NCBI GenBank assembly: GCA_038110525.1 | Contig: JAYNJV010000003.1 | Coordinates: 7,644-71,643, forward strand | DNA from: Candidatus Poseidoniales archaeon | Lineage (GTDB): Archaea; Thermoplasmatota; Poseidoniia; Poseidoniales; Poseidoniaceae | Length of the DNA: 64,000 nucleotides | Direction of reading: 5' to 3' | The notes under the pieces: generated by a model | What the model was told of the DNA's origin: nothing | Database searches by the model: none | Seen by the model: only the letters and a program-made list of their open reading frames with translations | Shown here: positions 29,526 through 44,945 of the stretch, piece by piece | Layout of the letters: each line of letters starts with the position of its first letter | How positions within the stretch are numbered: position 1 is the first letter of the stretch | Program-made: the position numbers and the translations under genes

Positions 29526-30323
29526 TCAGTATTCAAGTAAAACCCAAGCATCTTTTAGATCTCTTACATTCACAAGACCTTTATTGCTCAGTCTGTGTTC
29601 AGTACTCAATGATGCGTAGACCAATTCTTGTCCAAAAACTGGTGCATGTAAGCGTGCCCAGTCGCCACCATTTCCAACTCCCATAAGGGCGTATTTTGTT
29701 TCAGTTTCTTTGAGTTTTTGGCAAGCCTCAACTATTTGTAGAGCATCTTGGTGGTCGTTGATTGTGGAACAAAATTTGATGATATCGCCGTTTTCAACAT
29801 TTGATTGAACCAATTCAAGGATTTCATCGGATGAAGGCGTACCTTCAACATCATGCTTTGAGCCGATGATGTTGATTCCGTTGCTCTTTGCAGAGGCAAC
29901 CAGGCTATCTCGTGATGATGAATCAATTTCCAATTCGATATCAATCCATGATACTTTCGAGGCTATTGCCGACTCCAGAATCGCAAGACGTTGCTTTTCT
30001 GTGCCAGGGAAAAATCCACCTTCATCTGTTCCGCGAACGGTAAAAATAACTGGAAGGGGGATTCGTTCCTTAAGCTGAGTGATGGTGGCTTCAACATCAA
30101 TGTCCTCGAGGTTCTTCCTTGCCCATTCTTCTTCGGGAGGCACGATAGGTTTCAATTCTCCATCCTCAGTTTCAACCTCAACTGGTTCCATTGGAATAAG
30201 ATAGAGACGGTCAAACCGAAGTTCCACCATGTCTGCTCCAGATAGATTTGCTCTCGCAGCCTCATCTGCTATTTGTTCAATATCAGTGCCATCCAAAGTG
30301 ACACAGACTTTCGGGTCTGCCAT
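29526..30323 (-). CDS. aroD: Type I 3-dehydroquinate dehydratase
   Basis: GADMVELRFD, PVIFTVR...EGG, WIDIEL, GSKHD, DIIK (Schiff-base Lys), MG. Confidence 0.88.
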   Translation of the reverse strand: MADPKVCVTLDGTDIEQIADEAARANLSGADMVELRFDRLYLIPMEPVEVETEDGELKPIVPPEEEWARKNLEDIDVEATITQLKERIPLPVIFTVRGTDEGGFFPGTEKQRLAILESAIASKVSWIDIELEIDSSSRDSLVASAKSNGINIIGSKHDVEGTPSSDEILELVQSNVENGDIIKFCSTINDHQDALQIVEACQKLKETETKYALMGVGNGGDWARLHAPVFGQELVYASLSTEHRLSNKGLVNVRDLKDAWVLLEY

Positions 30324-30541
30324 GAATGTGCGACTTTAGACCTCTTCTTAACCATCTCGCATGGGTTCTCAAAAAATAATTTCACAGATTGGTTTTGATT
30401 TCTTCATTCTCTGTACAAAATTACTTCACAATATGCCATTTTACTCAATTTTTGAACACTATATTTACAAACCCCCGCTCCTGTGAAAAATTTAAGGAAA
30501 AGGGTGCTACTAACACGAAATTTTAAATCATGTTTTTTTGA

Positions 30542-35276
<4,735 letters not shown>

Positions 35277-35340
35277 TCGGTGACTTGAAACCACATGGAG
35301 AATTCGCTCTTTACAAGCATGTGGAAAGGGAGGTGTATTC

Positions 35341-36597
35341 ATGTCGAACAACGAACTCATTTACGATTGGAATACCATCGAATACGATATCCAACGAAAT
35401 CCTTCAAATCATCCACACGATGTATGGTTTGATGATGAAACTTTACGAGATGGTCTTCAAAGTCCAAGTGCAAGAAATCCTTCGATTGACCAAAAAATCG
35501 AATTATTGAGTTATATGGAAAAACTCGGTATTCAGAAAGTCGATTTAGGATTGCCAGGTGCTGGACCTTTCCATAGAGACCACATCAATGCAATGTTGAG
35601 TCATATCAAAGAAGAATCATTCAATATAAGGCCCGGTGCAGCAGTTCGAACCTTAATGAGTGACATTGAACCACTCGTTGAAATGCAATCACAGCATGAA
35701 ATGCATATTCAAGCCTCAGCATTCCTTGGAACAAGTCCAATTCGACAATACACAGAAGGTTGGACGATGGAAAAGTTGGTGACCACCATGGAAAAAGCCG
35801 TCTCTTATGCAGTTGAGAATGATGTGCCGGTCATGTTTGTTACCGAAGATACAACTCGGTCAAAACCCGAGGATGTCAAATTGATTTATCAGAGAGCATT
35901 GGAATTGGGTGTTCGAAGAATATGCGTTTGTGATACATGTGGCCATGTTACGCCAAACGGAGTCAAAAAATTGCTCAACTTCATTGATGAAGAAGTCATC
36001 AAAGATGCTGGTTATCATCGAAGTGATATCGAAGTGAATTGGCATGGACACCAAGATAGAGGTCTTGGCGTTGCAAACAATATCGCCGCAGTCGAGGCCG
36101 GTGCTGATGTCATTCACGGCACCGCCTTAGGCGTGGGTGAAAGGGCGGGAAATGCACCCTTGGACCAAACACTTGTCAATCTCAAACTCATGGGTGTGAT
36201 TGATAATGATTTATCGTTGCTCGACGAATACGTTCGAAAAGCGAACAAGTACATCGAGGTACCACTTCCAAGAAATTACCCTGTCTTCGGAAACGATGCT
36301 TTCGAAACTGGAACTGGCGTACACGCCTCTGCAGTCATCAAAGCCATGAAAAAAGGGGACGATTGGCTCGCAGACCGAGTCTATTCTGGCGTGCCTGCTG
36401 GAGATTTTGGATTGAAGCAAATTATCCGCATTGGTCACATGTCAGGTCGTTCAAACATCATTTGGTGGCTTGAGCAAAACGGAATTGATGCTGATGAGAA
36501 TTTGGTCGAACATCTGTTTGAAGTTGCTAAGCAACAGAAAAGAAACATGCTTGACAGTGAAATCTTTGATGCGATAACCGCTTTTCACACAGCATAA
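35341..36597 (+). CDS. LeuA/HCS-family DRE-TIM synthase lacking the regulatory domain
   Basis: DETLRDGLQ, EDTTRS, CDTCG, HGHQDRGLGVAN, GVGERAGN, GVHASA, GHMSGRSN. Confidence 0.85.
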   Translation: MSNNELIYDWNTIEYDIQRNPSNHPHDVWFDDETLRDGLQSPSARNPSIDQKIELLSYMEKLGIQKVDLGLPGAGPFHRDHINAMLSHIKEESFNIRPGAAVRTLMSDIEPLVEMQSQHEMHIQASAFLGTSPIRQYTEGWTMEKLVTTMEKAVSYAVENDVPVMFVTEDTTRSKPEDVKLIYQRALELGVRRICVCDTCGHVTPNGVKKLLNFIDEEVIKDAGYHRSDIEVNWHGHQDRGLGVANNIAAVEAGADVIHGTALGVGERAGNAPLDQTLVNLKLMGVIDNDLSLLDEYVRKANKYIEVPLPRNYPVFGNDAFETGTGVHASAVIKAMKKGDDWLADRVYSGVPAGDFGLKQIIRIGHMSGRSNIIWWLEQNGIDADENLVEHLFEVAKQQKRNMLDSEIFDAITAFHTA

Positions 36598-37908
36598 TCA
36601 GTTCTTATCCGGATCTGATTCTTCGCTCTCAACTTCTTCTGCGTACTTACCTGTCCATTCAGAATCGACACTGCCGCCACTCCATTCGCCCCAAAGCTCA
36701 ATCTCATTGACATCGGTTTCATCCCTCCAAACAGGATTCTCTGTACTACCACTGATGATGAATGAGCCATTTTCGTCGATTTGCTCCTCGAGGAGGCTGA
36801 AGTGCTTAGAAATCGGTAAAAAATGCCCCACAGGCATTCCAGGGGCTGTAAATGGGTTGGTTGCAGCTCCAATGATAAGACCGTCTTCTGGGGCGACAAT
36901 ATCAACAGAAATACCTGGCGTCGCTGGATCGGAAATGGTTGCAACCACTGAACCTTCTTTGATGATGCTGCCTGAACTCACAAACATATCGAGCAAGCCA
37001 CCCTCTGCTGCCCTCAACCAAGATGAGCCACTTGCCATGATTCGAAATTTTGGACGCTGTGGCTGACCTGGAATCATTCGCAAAGAGCGTAGAACATTGA
37101 GTACACCATACACAGCGACTTTCACCGATTGATTGCCGAGAAAATCAGCCCCACCGCCCTCATAGGTGATGCATGGAATATCAACATCGTTCGCTGAATA
37201 TCGCAAAGACCCCTTCGGGGGGGATGAATCAAGAATGATTTCGATGCCAAAAGATTTTGCAAGTAAGTGTGAACTTGCATGTGAGAGGTTGGCTCGGATT
37301 TGAGGCATGTTTGTCCTGCCTTTTGCAGCACTATGCAAGTCGATTATTGCATCAGAATCTTGAATGAGATGTTCAAACAATTGATGTGCAACTCGCTTTG
37401 TTGTTGAACCCTTAGGATTACCCGGAAATTGTCGATTCAAGTCTCTGCCATCCGGAAAATACCTTGATTTTGACCTGTAACCAGGTAAATTGACAACTGG
37501 GACGATTCGAATCGTTCCTGCAAGTGACTTAGGGTCGAGGGCTCCTCCTTCATCCGTGACGACATTTGAGAGAAGATTGGTGCAAGTTGAAGGACCTGTC
37601 AATTCATCGCCATGAATTCCTCCGAGAATAGTAATACAAGGACCAGGTCGATTACCGTGTATGACGGTAACAGGTATTGGCCACTCATCACCAAGAGAGA
37701 CATTCAATAGAGGAAATTCGACAGTTCGAATCGTCCCTGGTTTGATTTTTTTGCGATAAAATCGAACATCACTCCAATCAGCATCCCTATCCCATTCAGG
37801 TCTATCCTCGCTTTTGTGTTGTTCAAGTGCTTTGCTGATCTCTATTTTTCGCTTCTTAGGAAGTTCATGGGCAAGACGAATCGGCTTTCTCGAGCCATCC
37901 TCTGCCAT
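36598..37908 (-). CDS. Succinylglutamate desuccinylase/aspartoacylase family (M14) protein
   Basis: GGIHGDELTG, VPVVN, RDLNRQFPG, IDLHS, TYEGG, C-terminal barrel-sandwich. Confidence 0.88.
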   Translation of the reverse strand: MAEDGSRKPIRLAHELPKKRKIEISKALEQHKSEDRPEWDRDADWSDVRFYRKKIKPGTIRTVEFPLLNVSLGDEWPIPVTVIHGNRPGPCITILGGIHGDELTGPSTCTNLLSNVVTDEGGALDPKSLAGTIRIVPVVNLPGYRSKSRYFPDGRDLNRQFPGNPKGSTTKRVAHQLFEHLIQDSDAIIDLHSAAKGRTNMPQIRANLSHASSHLLAKSFGIEIILDSSPPKGSLRYSANDVDIPCITYEGGGADFLGNQSVKVAVYGVLNVLRSLRMIPGQPQRPKFRIMASGSSWLRAAEGGLLDMFVSSGSIIKEGSVVATISDPATPGISVDIVAPEDGLIIGAATNPFTAPGMPVGHFLPISKHFSLLEEQIDENGSFIISGSTENPVWRDETDVNEIELWGEWSGGSVDSEWTGKYAEEVESEESDPDKN

Positions 37909-37989
37909 AAACGTTCGAAGCCGATGAAGAACATCAATACTACGATGATTTGACCATACAATCAAAGACTTTCGCATGCAACTCAAACC

Positions 37990-38457
37990 ATGCAAGAAAT
38001 AGGTGTTCAGAGGAAATATGCCCCGAATTCAATCTGTTTTGGATGCGGCCCTGCCAATTCCCATGGTTTGAAGATTGACTCTCATCGTATCGAAAACGGA
38101 CTTGTCCTTCATTTTCGATGCCAGGAACATCATCAAGCCTTCCCTGGGATGATCAACGGCGGCATTATCGGTACTCTGCTTGACTGTCATGGAAACTGGA
38201 CTGCTGCTATCGCGCTAATGGATGCATGGGGTCATGATGAACCTCCATGCACCGTAACTGCCTCCTATGAAGTAAAATTGAGACGGCCTACCCCAACAGA
38301 CTCAGAACTTGTCATTACAAGCCAAGTGACGGCCATTGATGAACGAAAGGTCAGTGTTGAAATGCTCTTGGAGGCAAATGGCAAAGTTTGTGCTACCGGC
38401 ACCGGATTGTTTGTTGCTGTTGAGGAAGGCCATCCAGCGTATCATCGGTGGTCATGA
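37990..38457 (+). CDS. PaaI-family hotdog thioesterase
   Basis: CFGCGPANSHGL, FPGMINGGIIGTLLDCH, VTA..VKLRRPTP. Confidence 0.88.
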   Translation: MQEIGVQRKYAPNSICFGCGPANSHGLKIDSHRIENGLVLHFRCQEHHQAFPGMINGGIIGTLLDCHGNWTAAIALMDAWGHDEPPCTVTASYEVKLRRPTPTDSELVITSQVTAIDERKVSVEMLLEANGKVCATGTGLFVAVEEGHPAYHRWS

Positions 38458-38987
38458 GGGATTTGATGGTCCAGCCAAATGCTCAACAGACGATTCGTCT
38501 CGAGCAATTGCGTTCTTTCGTTCTTTGGAAAATGGCTGAGATACATGACTTTCAAACCAGTCGATATGCTACTTTGGAAAAAATTCCGTTAGGCGTATTA
38601 CGTAAAAATGCTACACAAAAACATGGCGTGACTCGGTGGCGACAACATACCCATCATCTCTCCATTGAAGGTATTGAACTTCATCCAGAACTTCTAAGCG
38701 AAGAATGGCAAGAATATGCAAAATTTGTCTTGTATCATGAGTTTTTACATGGTATTGGTTTCAAACATCATGATGCAATTTTTCGACAATTGGAATCGCG
38801 TTGGCCACTCAAAAACCGAAAAAAAGTTGGTCGCGAATTTACCGTTTTTTTACAGAGAAAGAACGCTTCTTGGCAATGGGTGTGCTCAAATTGTGACATC
38901 CTTATTTTTCGAAAAAAACCTTCTTGTGGAAAATATATCTGTAAATCATGCAAAACGGTTTTGGTCGATGAACCACTGTATTCATGA
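38454..38987 (+). CDS. SprT-like zinc metallopeptidase with zinc ribbon
   Basis: VLYHEFLH...HHDAIF, CSNC...CKSC. Confidence 0.7.
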   Translation: MRDLMVQPNAQQTIRLEQLRSFVLWKMAEIHDFQTSRYATLEKIPLGVLRKNATQKHGVTRWRQHTHHLSIEGIELHPELLSEEWQEYAKFVLYHEFLHGIGFKHHDAIFRQLESRWPLKNRKKVGREFTVFLQRKNASWQWVCSNCDILIFRKKPSCGKYICKSCKTVLVDEPLYS

Positions 38988-39024
38988 CATACATTGTTTG
39001 ATATGTTAAACGCTTCTCGCACAA

Positions 39025-41058
39025 ATGAGACACATGCGATTGAGGGAAATGGCTACCCTGCTCACGCTAACAATTCTCATTTTTCCAATGCATGTACAAG
39101 CAAATTTGAATCAAGAACCAGGGGGTGGTCGGTTCTATCTTTCGTGTGTTGATGATGAAACTTGTCAACTCACACCAACGCCAATTGGAGAAGAAATCAT
39201 TTCGGGGCAATCCACATCAACATTCATTCAGAATGAAGTCCTCAATTTTGAATTTGATTTATCGCCCAAACAAAGCCATATCGCATTATTACCTCAAGAA
39301 CTCGATGAGTTATCGATTGACTTTATACAGCAAACTGAATCATTAGGCGTCTTTCGACCTAAAGCTGAAATTCGGCTGATCACAGGTCAAAATGTCAATT
39401 CTTGGATTTTTGAATCCAACACTTTTTCCAGTCCGTCAGCATATGAACCATATCGACTTGAAAATGAACCGATGACTTATGATTTTTCTCGAGTTGTTTG
39501 GCCCGAGGACCAAGTCAAATTATTCGTTTCCATTGTTCTTGACCAACCTGGAACTTGGGAACTTCGACTTCGTGGAAATTCATTTATCAATCTTGATATC
39601 AATTGGTCTATAGACCCTAATTTTGCAGATGTTGATGAGCCTTCATCCCAACTTCAACCAGTTGAAACCGAGTTTGAAATGCTTCATTTCGGAGCACTTC
39701 TTGGAGACGACAAGGATTGTTGGAGGTTTGAAGTTCAAACCAATGAAATCATGAGGTTATACATTGACTGGTTAGAAGCACCTCTTGAGGTGGAGCAGCC
39801 ACACAGCGTCCCGTTGGTATTCGACTCCATCGGCAAAGAATTGCCTTACCCAGAAATAGTAAGCGAATTTGAGGAGGGAAATTTAAGAATTATCTATCGA
39901 TGGCGAGCGGTCCCAATCGATAGCTATACAGTTTGCCTTTCTGGGCAAGACGCTCGATTCCAACAATATCAATGGGGTGGTTCATTTGGTTTTGAAAGTC
40001 TTGGACCAGTCAATCCTGATGGGTTTCAGCCATTTTCATATTTCCCCGCTGGTTCAAGTTTCCTTGGAAATGCCGATTCAACGGTCTCGCTGGACAAACA
40101 AGGTATGAGTGGTCTGATTTTCTTTGGAATCTTATTTCTTTTCTCCCTCCTCCTTTTTACTCAACCTACAACGAATCTGACGTTACGGTACATGATTTTT
40201 TTACCCGGTGTGTTGTTCTTACTCGTGGGAGGTGTGATATTACCTACGATATCTGTCTCACAACAAAGCCAAGACGATAGCATGATTTCATTCGATGAAC
40301 TCTTCGACATGAGGCTAAGCCAATTATGGGACGTTGCAGCACCTGGAATACCCGAACAAAATCTGTATCGCCATAGTGGCGCAACTTTTGGACTCCTTCA
40401 TAGCGATTCATTTACACTAAGACTGAATGTTCAACGTGCCTATGAAGTCGATGATGGACGATGGCAATTACAAATTGAGGAGCTACAATCCTTCAGAATA
40501 GATGAAGCAATTTTTACTCAAATTTCCAAAGGAGGTGCTCAACTCAGCGATAGTGGTATGTTAGAAGACCACACAGTTCGTTTCATTTTATTGTCTGGGA
40601 GATCGTTGTTGCTTGACCTTTTGATGCTTGAATCGATGCTCATTGTTGATGAAAAACCAACCTCATCAGTCTTTGATTTACAACTCGATATGATTTCCAC
40701 GACCCCTGCTGGCTCCGTGAATGCACCAGCGTGGGCTACCCGCCCAACAAGTGTTTCCGAATCTGATTGGTCAAAGTTACAGTCCTCTTTGTTTCCTGAC
40801 CGCTTAACTATTTCGTTATGTGACTGCGAACTCGATTTGGTCGATGTCCGTTTTGAACCATCAAATCGATTTGATGCAAGCGATGTCCCAACCGCTGAGT
40901 ACGTCGTAAATTACGCTAACGTCGCATTTGAAATTTGGTTGTTCGCATGGGTTGGTGTCGTTCTATGTGCCTATGCAGGCTCTATCGAAATCAAGCGGAT
41001 TATTGTGGCAAGGAAGTTGGCGATACAAGCATCAGTACAATCAAAAATGTGGAATTGA
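39025..41058 (+). CDS. Hypothetical secreted/membrane protein
   Basis: 677-aa ORF with signal peptide, two central TM helices and a C-terminal TM. Confidence 0.75.
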   Translation: MRHMRLREMATLLTLTILIFPMHVQANLNQEPGGGRFYLSCVDDETCQLTPTPIGEEIISGQSTSTFIQNEVLNFEFDLSPKQSHIALLPQELDELSIDFIQQTESLGVFRPKAEIRLITGQNVNSWIFESNTFSSPSAYEPYRLENEPMTYDFSRVVWPEDQVKLFVSIVLDQPGTWELRLRGNSFINLDINWSIDPNFADVDEPSSQLQPVETEFEMLHFGALLGDDKDCWRFEVQTNEIMRLYIDWLEAPLEVEQPHSVPLVFDSIGKELPYPEIVSEFEEGNLRIIYRWRAVPIDSYTVCLSGQDARFQQYQWGGSFGFESLGPVNPDGFQPFSYFPAGSSFLGNADSTVSLDKQGMSGLIFFGILFLFSLLLFTQPTTNLTLRYMIFLPGVLFLLVGGVILPTISVSQQSQDDSMISFDELFDMRLSQLWDVAAPGIPEQNLYRHSGATFGLLHSDSFTLRLNVQRAYEVDDGRWQLQIEELQSFRIDEAIFTQISKGGAQLSDSGMLEDHTVRFILLSGRSLLLDLLMLESMLIVDEKPTSSVFDLQLDMISTTPAGSVNAPAWATRPTSVSESDWSKLQSSLFPDRLTISLCDCELDLVDVRFEPSNRFDASDVPTAEYVVNYANVAFEIWLFAWVGVVLCAYAGSIEIKRIIVARKLAIQASVQSKMWN

Positions 41059-41064
41059 AGTCAC

Positions 41065-41676
41065 TCAATCCTTTTTCTTTGCTTTACTTTCTGCATCAGT
41101 AAGAACTTCATCCACGTCCATCATTGCGTCCTCTGCTGCTTTTTGAATCATTGAACGCTCTGCATCAGTAATTTCCCCATCTTTAGCTGCAGATTTTACG
41201 GCTGCTTGAACATTCATCTTTGCGGCGTCTTCATCTGTGATTCCCAATGCTTTTTGGAATGATTTTAATTCTTCATATTCTGAATCGGTAATCACTCCGT
41301 CTTCCCACGCAGAATCATAGGCATTCATGAGAAATTCTGTGTATGCCTGTGGATTGAGAAGTACATCCCGAATTAAACCGTGGTTTACTTCATCATTTTG
41401 GTTCGCAATGTCCATGAGTGCAATGGAACGACGAACTTCTTTGACGGCCATATCTTTCAAACCATGTCCTGCCCAAATTGCACCTGCTGCTACGACAGCT
41501 GAAGCAAACCAACGCATGATGTTCTCATCGACGAGGTCTCCTGGGCTTACCAAATGGAAGATGCCAAGCACGGCCATTGCTGCACCGCACATGATTTCGA
41601 CCCAATCATTCAAGTCTGGTTCATCATCGAAAACCGCAAGGCGTTGGTCGACCAGTTCTTCCATATCGTCGCTCAT
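41065..41676 (-). CDS. Membrane protein with TerB-like acidic helical repeats
   Basis: Two TM helices; repeats AWEDGVITDSEYEEL and AAKDGEITDAERSMI. Confidence 0.65.
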   Translation of the reverse strand: MSDDMEELVDQRLAVFDDEPDLNDWVEIMCGAAMAVLGIFHLVSPGDLVDENIMRWFASAVVAAGAIWAGHGLKDMAVKEVRRSIALMDIANQNDEVNHGLIRDVLLNPQAYTEFLMNAYDSAWEDGVITDSEYEELKSFQKALGITDEDAAKMNVQAAVKSAAKDGEITDAERSMIQKAAEDAMMDVDEVLTDAESKAKKKD

Positions 41677-41765
41677 GAATTCTACTCACAACGAAGAAGG
41701 TCTTAGGTATGTCGGCCAAAATATTAGCCGTTTTCCTTTTGGACTATTGACATTTGTCCAACAAC

Positions 41766-44324
41766 ATGACCATGGAAGATGCTGGAATTAAGAATCTTCC
41801 ATTTGATGAAAAATTTAAGCGATTCCTCATCGATTCGTGGGGAATTGCTTCGCTGTATCCTCCTCAAATGCAAGCAATGAAACCCATCTTGAATGGAAAA
41901 AATACGCTTGTTTCCATTCCAACCGCTTCTGGAAAATCATTACTCGCATACACTGCCATCGTTCAATCATTACAAAAATACAAACCTGCAAAGGCCATTT
42001 ATATCGTGCCACTCAAAGCACTTGCAAGCGAAAAATACGAAGAATTAATGGAAATAGGTCAAGCATTAGGACTTCACATAGGATTAGCGATTGGCGACGC
42101 TACTTCTGAAACAAAAAATATCGATAAAGCAGATGTCCTCGTTTGTACCTCTGAAAAATTGGATTCCTTAATTCGACACAGAAGCGAACTTTTTGAACAA
42201 CTCCGGTGTATTGTAGCAGATGAATTTCACCTCATGAATGATGCTTCAAGAGGCCCTACCTTGGAAATGAACCTCACAAGATTACGATTGCATCATCCAC
42301 AGGCACAAATCATTGCTTTATCTGCCACTGTGGGCAATGTTCAGGAACTCGCTGACTGGCTTGATGCTGAGTTAATCTTATCCGAGTGGAGACCAGTCGA
42401 TTTAGAATACTCTACCTTTCATAATTTTCATGTCGAACCACGAAAAATTCAGGGTCATGGTTCTTCAAAAGTCAAATTATCGCCCCCTCGAACCTTACCA
42501 GGTTTAGTATCTCATCCAGTTTGGAGTGTCGTTGACGACGCAATGAACGAGGCCTCACAAGTGTTGTTGTTTGTGGGAACGCGAAAAAGTGCTCAGGCAG
42601 AGGCACGAAATTTGTCGAAACGAGTCTTGAAACGCCTCAAATGTGAAGATGTGGACAGAATTTCTCGTCTTTCTGAACTTGCCAATCAAATTGCCAATTC
42701 ATCAAATCAATCGAGCATATCCGATCACCTCGCAGAATCTATTCGAGGAGGAGTGGCCTTTCACCATGCAGGACTTACACACCAACAACGAAAAGTGGTT
42801 GAACATGCCTTCAAAGAAGGTCTTTTAATTGCCCTTACAGCAACTCCAACACTTGCTGCAGGAGTGAATTTGCCCGCTCGTCGAGTCTTGATTCGAGATT
42901 TGAAACGATGGGATGACGGCTTTAACCGACCATTGCCCATCATGGAGGTTCGTCAAATGATGGGAAGGGCGGGTCGTCCAAAATACGACACGAAAGGCGA
43001 GGCTTGGATCTATTGCAAAAATTCGGATGGTTGGGAGGAAGCTGATGCTGTATCCCAACGATATTTCTTTGGCCAAGTTGAAAATATTTCATCGAAACTT
43101 GCATCTGAACCGGCATTGAGAATGCATTTGCTTGCTCTTATTGCAACAGGAGGTTATTGTCACAAAGGAAAAATTCTTCATTTCTTCAAAAACACATTTC
43201 TTGGCAAGACTCTTCCCCCCTCACAACTTGAAGAACGTATTACTCAAATGCTGAATTGGCTTGTCGAGGAGCGATTTCTTAGGAATTTGGGGCCAGATGA
43301 ACAGTATGAACCTGAGGAACATCCACACCAAGATGGAGACGAACCATGGGACGATTCGATTCCTTCATGGGTCACTGCAGCAAAAGAAACAGAAGGTGTT
43401 GAATTTCAAAAACCCAACTCACAACCACACACATCAGCACATTCGGTTCCAACATTTGGATTTCAATCTGCTAATCAACTGCATCAACATCCTTCAATTG
43501 AAACACATCATAATGACGGAGGTAATATTCAGTATGAAGGTACTGAATTAGGGATTCGGATTTCTCAACTCTATATTGACCCTCTATCTGCAACGATTCT
43601 TCGAACAGGCCTTCGGCGATTTGTACGGCGTGCAGTACGACAAGATGGACCAATCTCAACCTTAGGCATGCTACATCTTGTATGCTCAACACCTGATTTC
43701 CCATCGTTATGGGCGAAATCTAAAGATTTAGAGCCAAATTCGCAGATGTTTCTTAAGATGAACAGTTCAGAAGACGAATTTGTTTTGGAACAAACCTATC
43801 TTGAAGACATGATTGCTAAAATCAAGAGTGCATGGATGCTTGAACAGTGGTGTGAAGAAGATTCATTTCGAACCTTGGAAACTACATTTGATGTTGCTCC
43901 AGGTGATGTGCATCAAAGGACAACTATTGCTGAGTGGTTGTTGTATTGTGCCAAAGAAATCCTCCTCCTCGATGATGTCTTTTCTCACGAACATTCCGCC
44001 TACATTGCCGATATTGCTCAAAGGTTTGGTTTAACCAAGCAAAGAATTCGCCATGGTTGTAAGGAAGATTTACTTCAGTTGGTCAACATTCGAAATATTG
44101 GTAGAAATCGAGCAAGGGAATTGGCATTGATGGGCTTGCGAACCCCGAAAGATGTGTACTCAATGGGTGCAAAACAAAGAATGGAACTTGAAAGCAAACG
44201 TGGTTGGGGCCCTGTTCTCATCGAATCAATCATGACAGAGATCAAGAAAGTTCTCAGAACTCAATCGAAGAAATCAACCAAACGGCTTGACGACACTCCC
44301 CTTGAAGGAGAACGAAGCGACTGA
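41766..44324 (+). CDS. hel308: Ski2-like DNA helicase Hel308
   Basis: PTASGKS, IVPLKALA, DEFH, LSATVGN, GVAFHHAGL, TPTLAAGVNLPA, QMMGRAGRP, C-terminal IGRNRAR. Confidence 0.93.
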   Translation: MTMEDAGIKNLPFDEKFKRFLIDSWGIASLYPPQMQAMKPILNGKNTLVSIPTASGKSLLAYTAIVQSLQKYKPAKAIYIVPLKALASEKYEELMEIGQALGLHIGLAIGDATSETKNIDKADVLVCTSEKLDSLIRHRSELFEQLRCIVADEFHLMNDASRGPTLEMNLTRLRLHHPQAQIIALSATVGNVQELADWLDAELILSEWRPVDLEYSTFHNFHVEPRKIQGHGSSKVKLSPPRTLPGLVSHPVWSVVDDAMNEASQVLLFVGTRKSAQAEARNLSKRVLKRLKCEDVDRISRLSELANQIANSSNQSSISDHLAESIRGGVAFHHAGLTHQQRKVVEHAFKEGLLIALTATPTLAAGVNLPARRVLIRDLKRWDDGFNRPLPIMEVRQMMGRAGRPKYDTKGEAWIYCKNSDGWEEADAVSQRYFFGQVENISSKLASEPALRMHLLALIATGGYCHKGKILHFFKNTFLGKTLPPSQLEERITQMLNWLVEERFLRNLGPDEQYEPEEHPHQDGDEPWDDSIPSWVTAAKETEGVEFQKPNSQPHTSAHSVPTFGFQSANQLHQHPSIETHHNDGGNIQYEGTELGIRISQLYIDPLSATILRTGLRRFVRRAVRQDGPISTLGMLHLVCSTPDFPSLWAKSKDLEPNSQMFLKMNSSEDEFVLEQTYLEDMIAKIKSAWMLEQWCEEDSFRTLETTFDVAPGDVHQRTTIAEWLLYCAKEILLLDDVFSHEHSAYIADIAQRFGLTKQRIRHGCKEDLLQLVNIRNIGRNRARELALMGLRTPKDVYSMGAKQRMELESKRGWGPVLIESIMTEIKKVLRTQSKKSTKRLDDTPLEGERSD

Positions 44325-44353
44325 TTCAAAAAGTTGGAGCATGACGGTGAATT

Positions 44354-44899
44354 ATGGAGTCATTTCCCAAGTTTGCGTGGCGAAGAAAAGGTAGTGAATC
44401 CGACCCGGATTTTATTTCTACATTCATCAGCAATAGGCCAAGTAATCGCTGGGTTATGTGTCATAGTGAGGTAATTTTTTCAGACTTCCAACTTTGGACA
44501 GCTTGGGAAGCATCCATTCGTAGATTTGAACGGAAAACAGCTTTGGCAAGAACCATTGATGCGGAGTTTTTGCGGTATTTAGCCGGTACCCACCATGTAT
44601 CTGAAGCATTTTCAAGGGCTGGAGTTGACATGGATTCAATTACCGGTTGGTTGATTTATCTACCTGAGGCTGGATTCGATGAAATCGAAGGTGTGATTCA
44701 ACTCACAGAGGTACAAAACTCGGACGTCAATGCAATTGCAGAGTCGCTCCTTGATTTCTTGGGTTGTGAAATAGATGAATCTACTCGAACACCAAATGTA
44801 GAAGGATTGAATCAACTCGGTATTCAAGATTTTACTGAGCCAGTTGATTTTGAAATCTTAGCAATTTCACATATACACTTCGCTGATTTACAATCTTAA
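44354..44899 (+). CDS. cgi121: KEOPS subunit Cgi121-like protein
   Basis: ALARTIDAEFLRYLAGTHHVSEAFSRAGV matches the Cgi121 core; hel308-cgi121 adjacency is known in Euryarchaeota. Confidence 0.65.
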   Translation: MESFPKFAWRRKGSESDPDFISTFISNRPSNRWVMCHSEVIFSDFQLWTAWEASIRRFERKTALARTIDAEFLRYLAGTHHVSEAFSRAGVDMDSITGWLIYLPEAGFDEIEGVIQLTEVQNSDVNAIAESLLDFLGCEIDESTRTPNVEGLNQLGIQDFTEPVDFEILAISHIHFADLQS

Positions 44900-44945
44900 C
44901 CCAATTTTTAGGAGGGTTAAAGGACTCCATCAATTTCGCAATATC

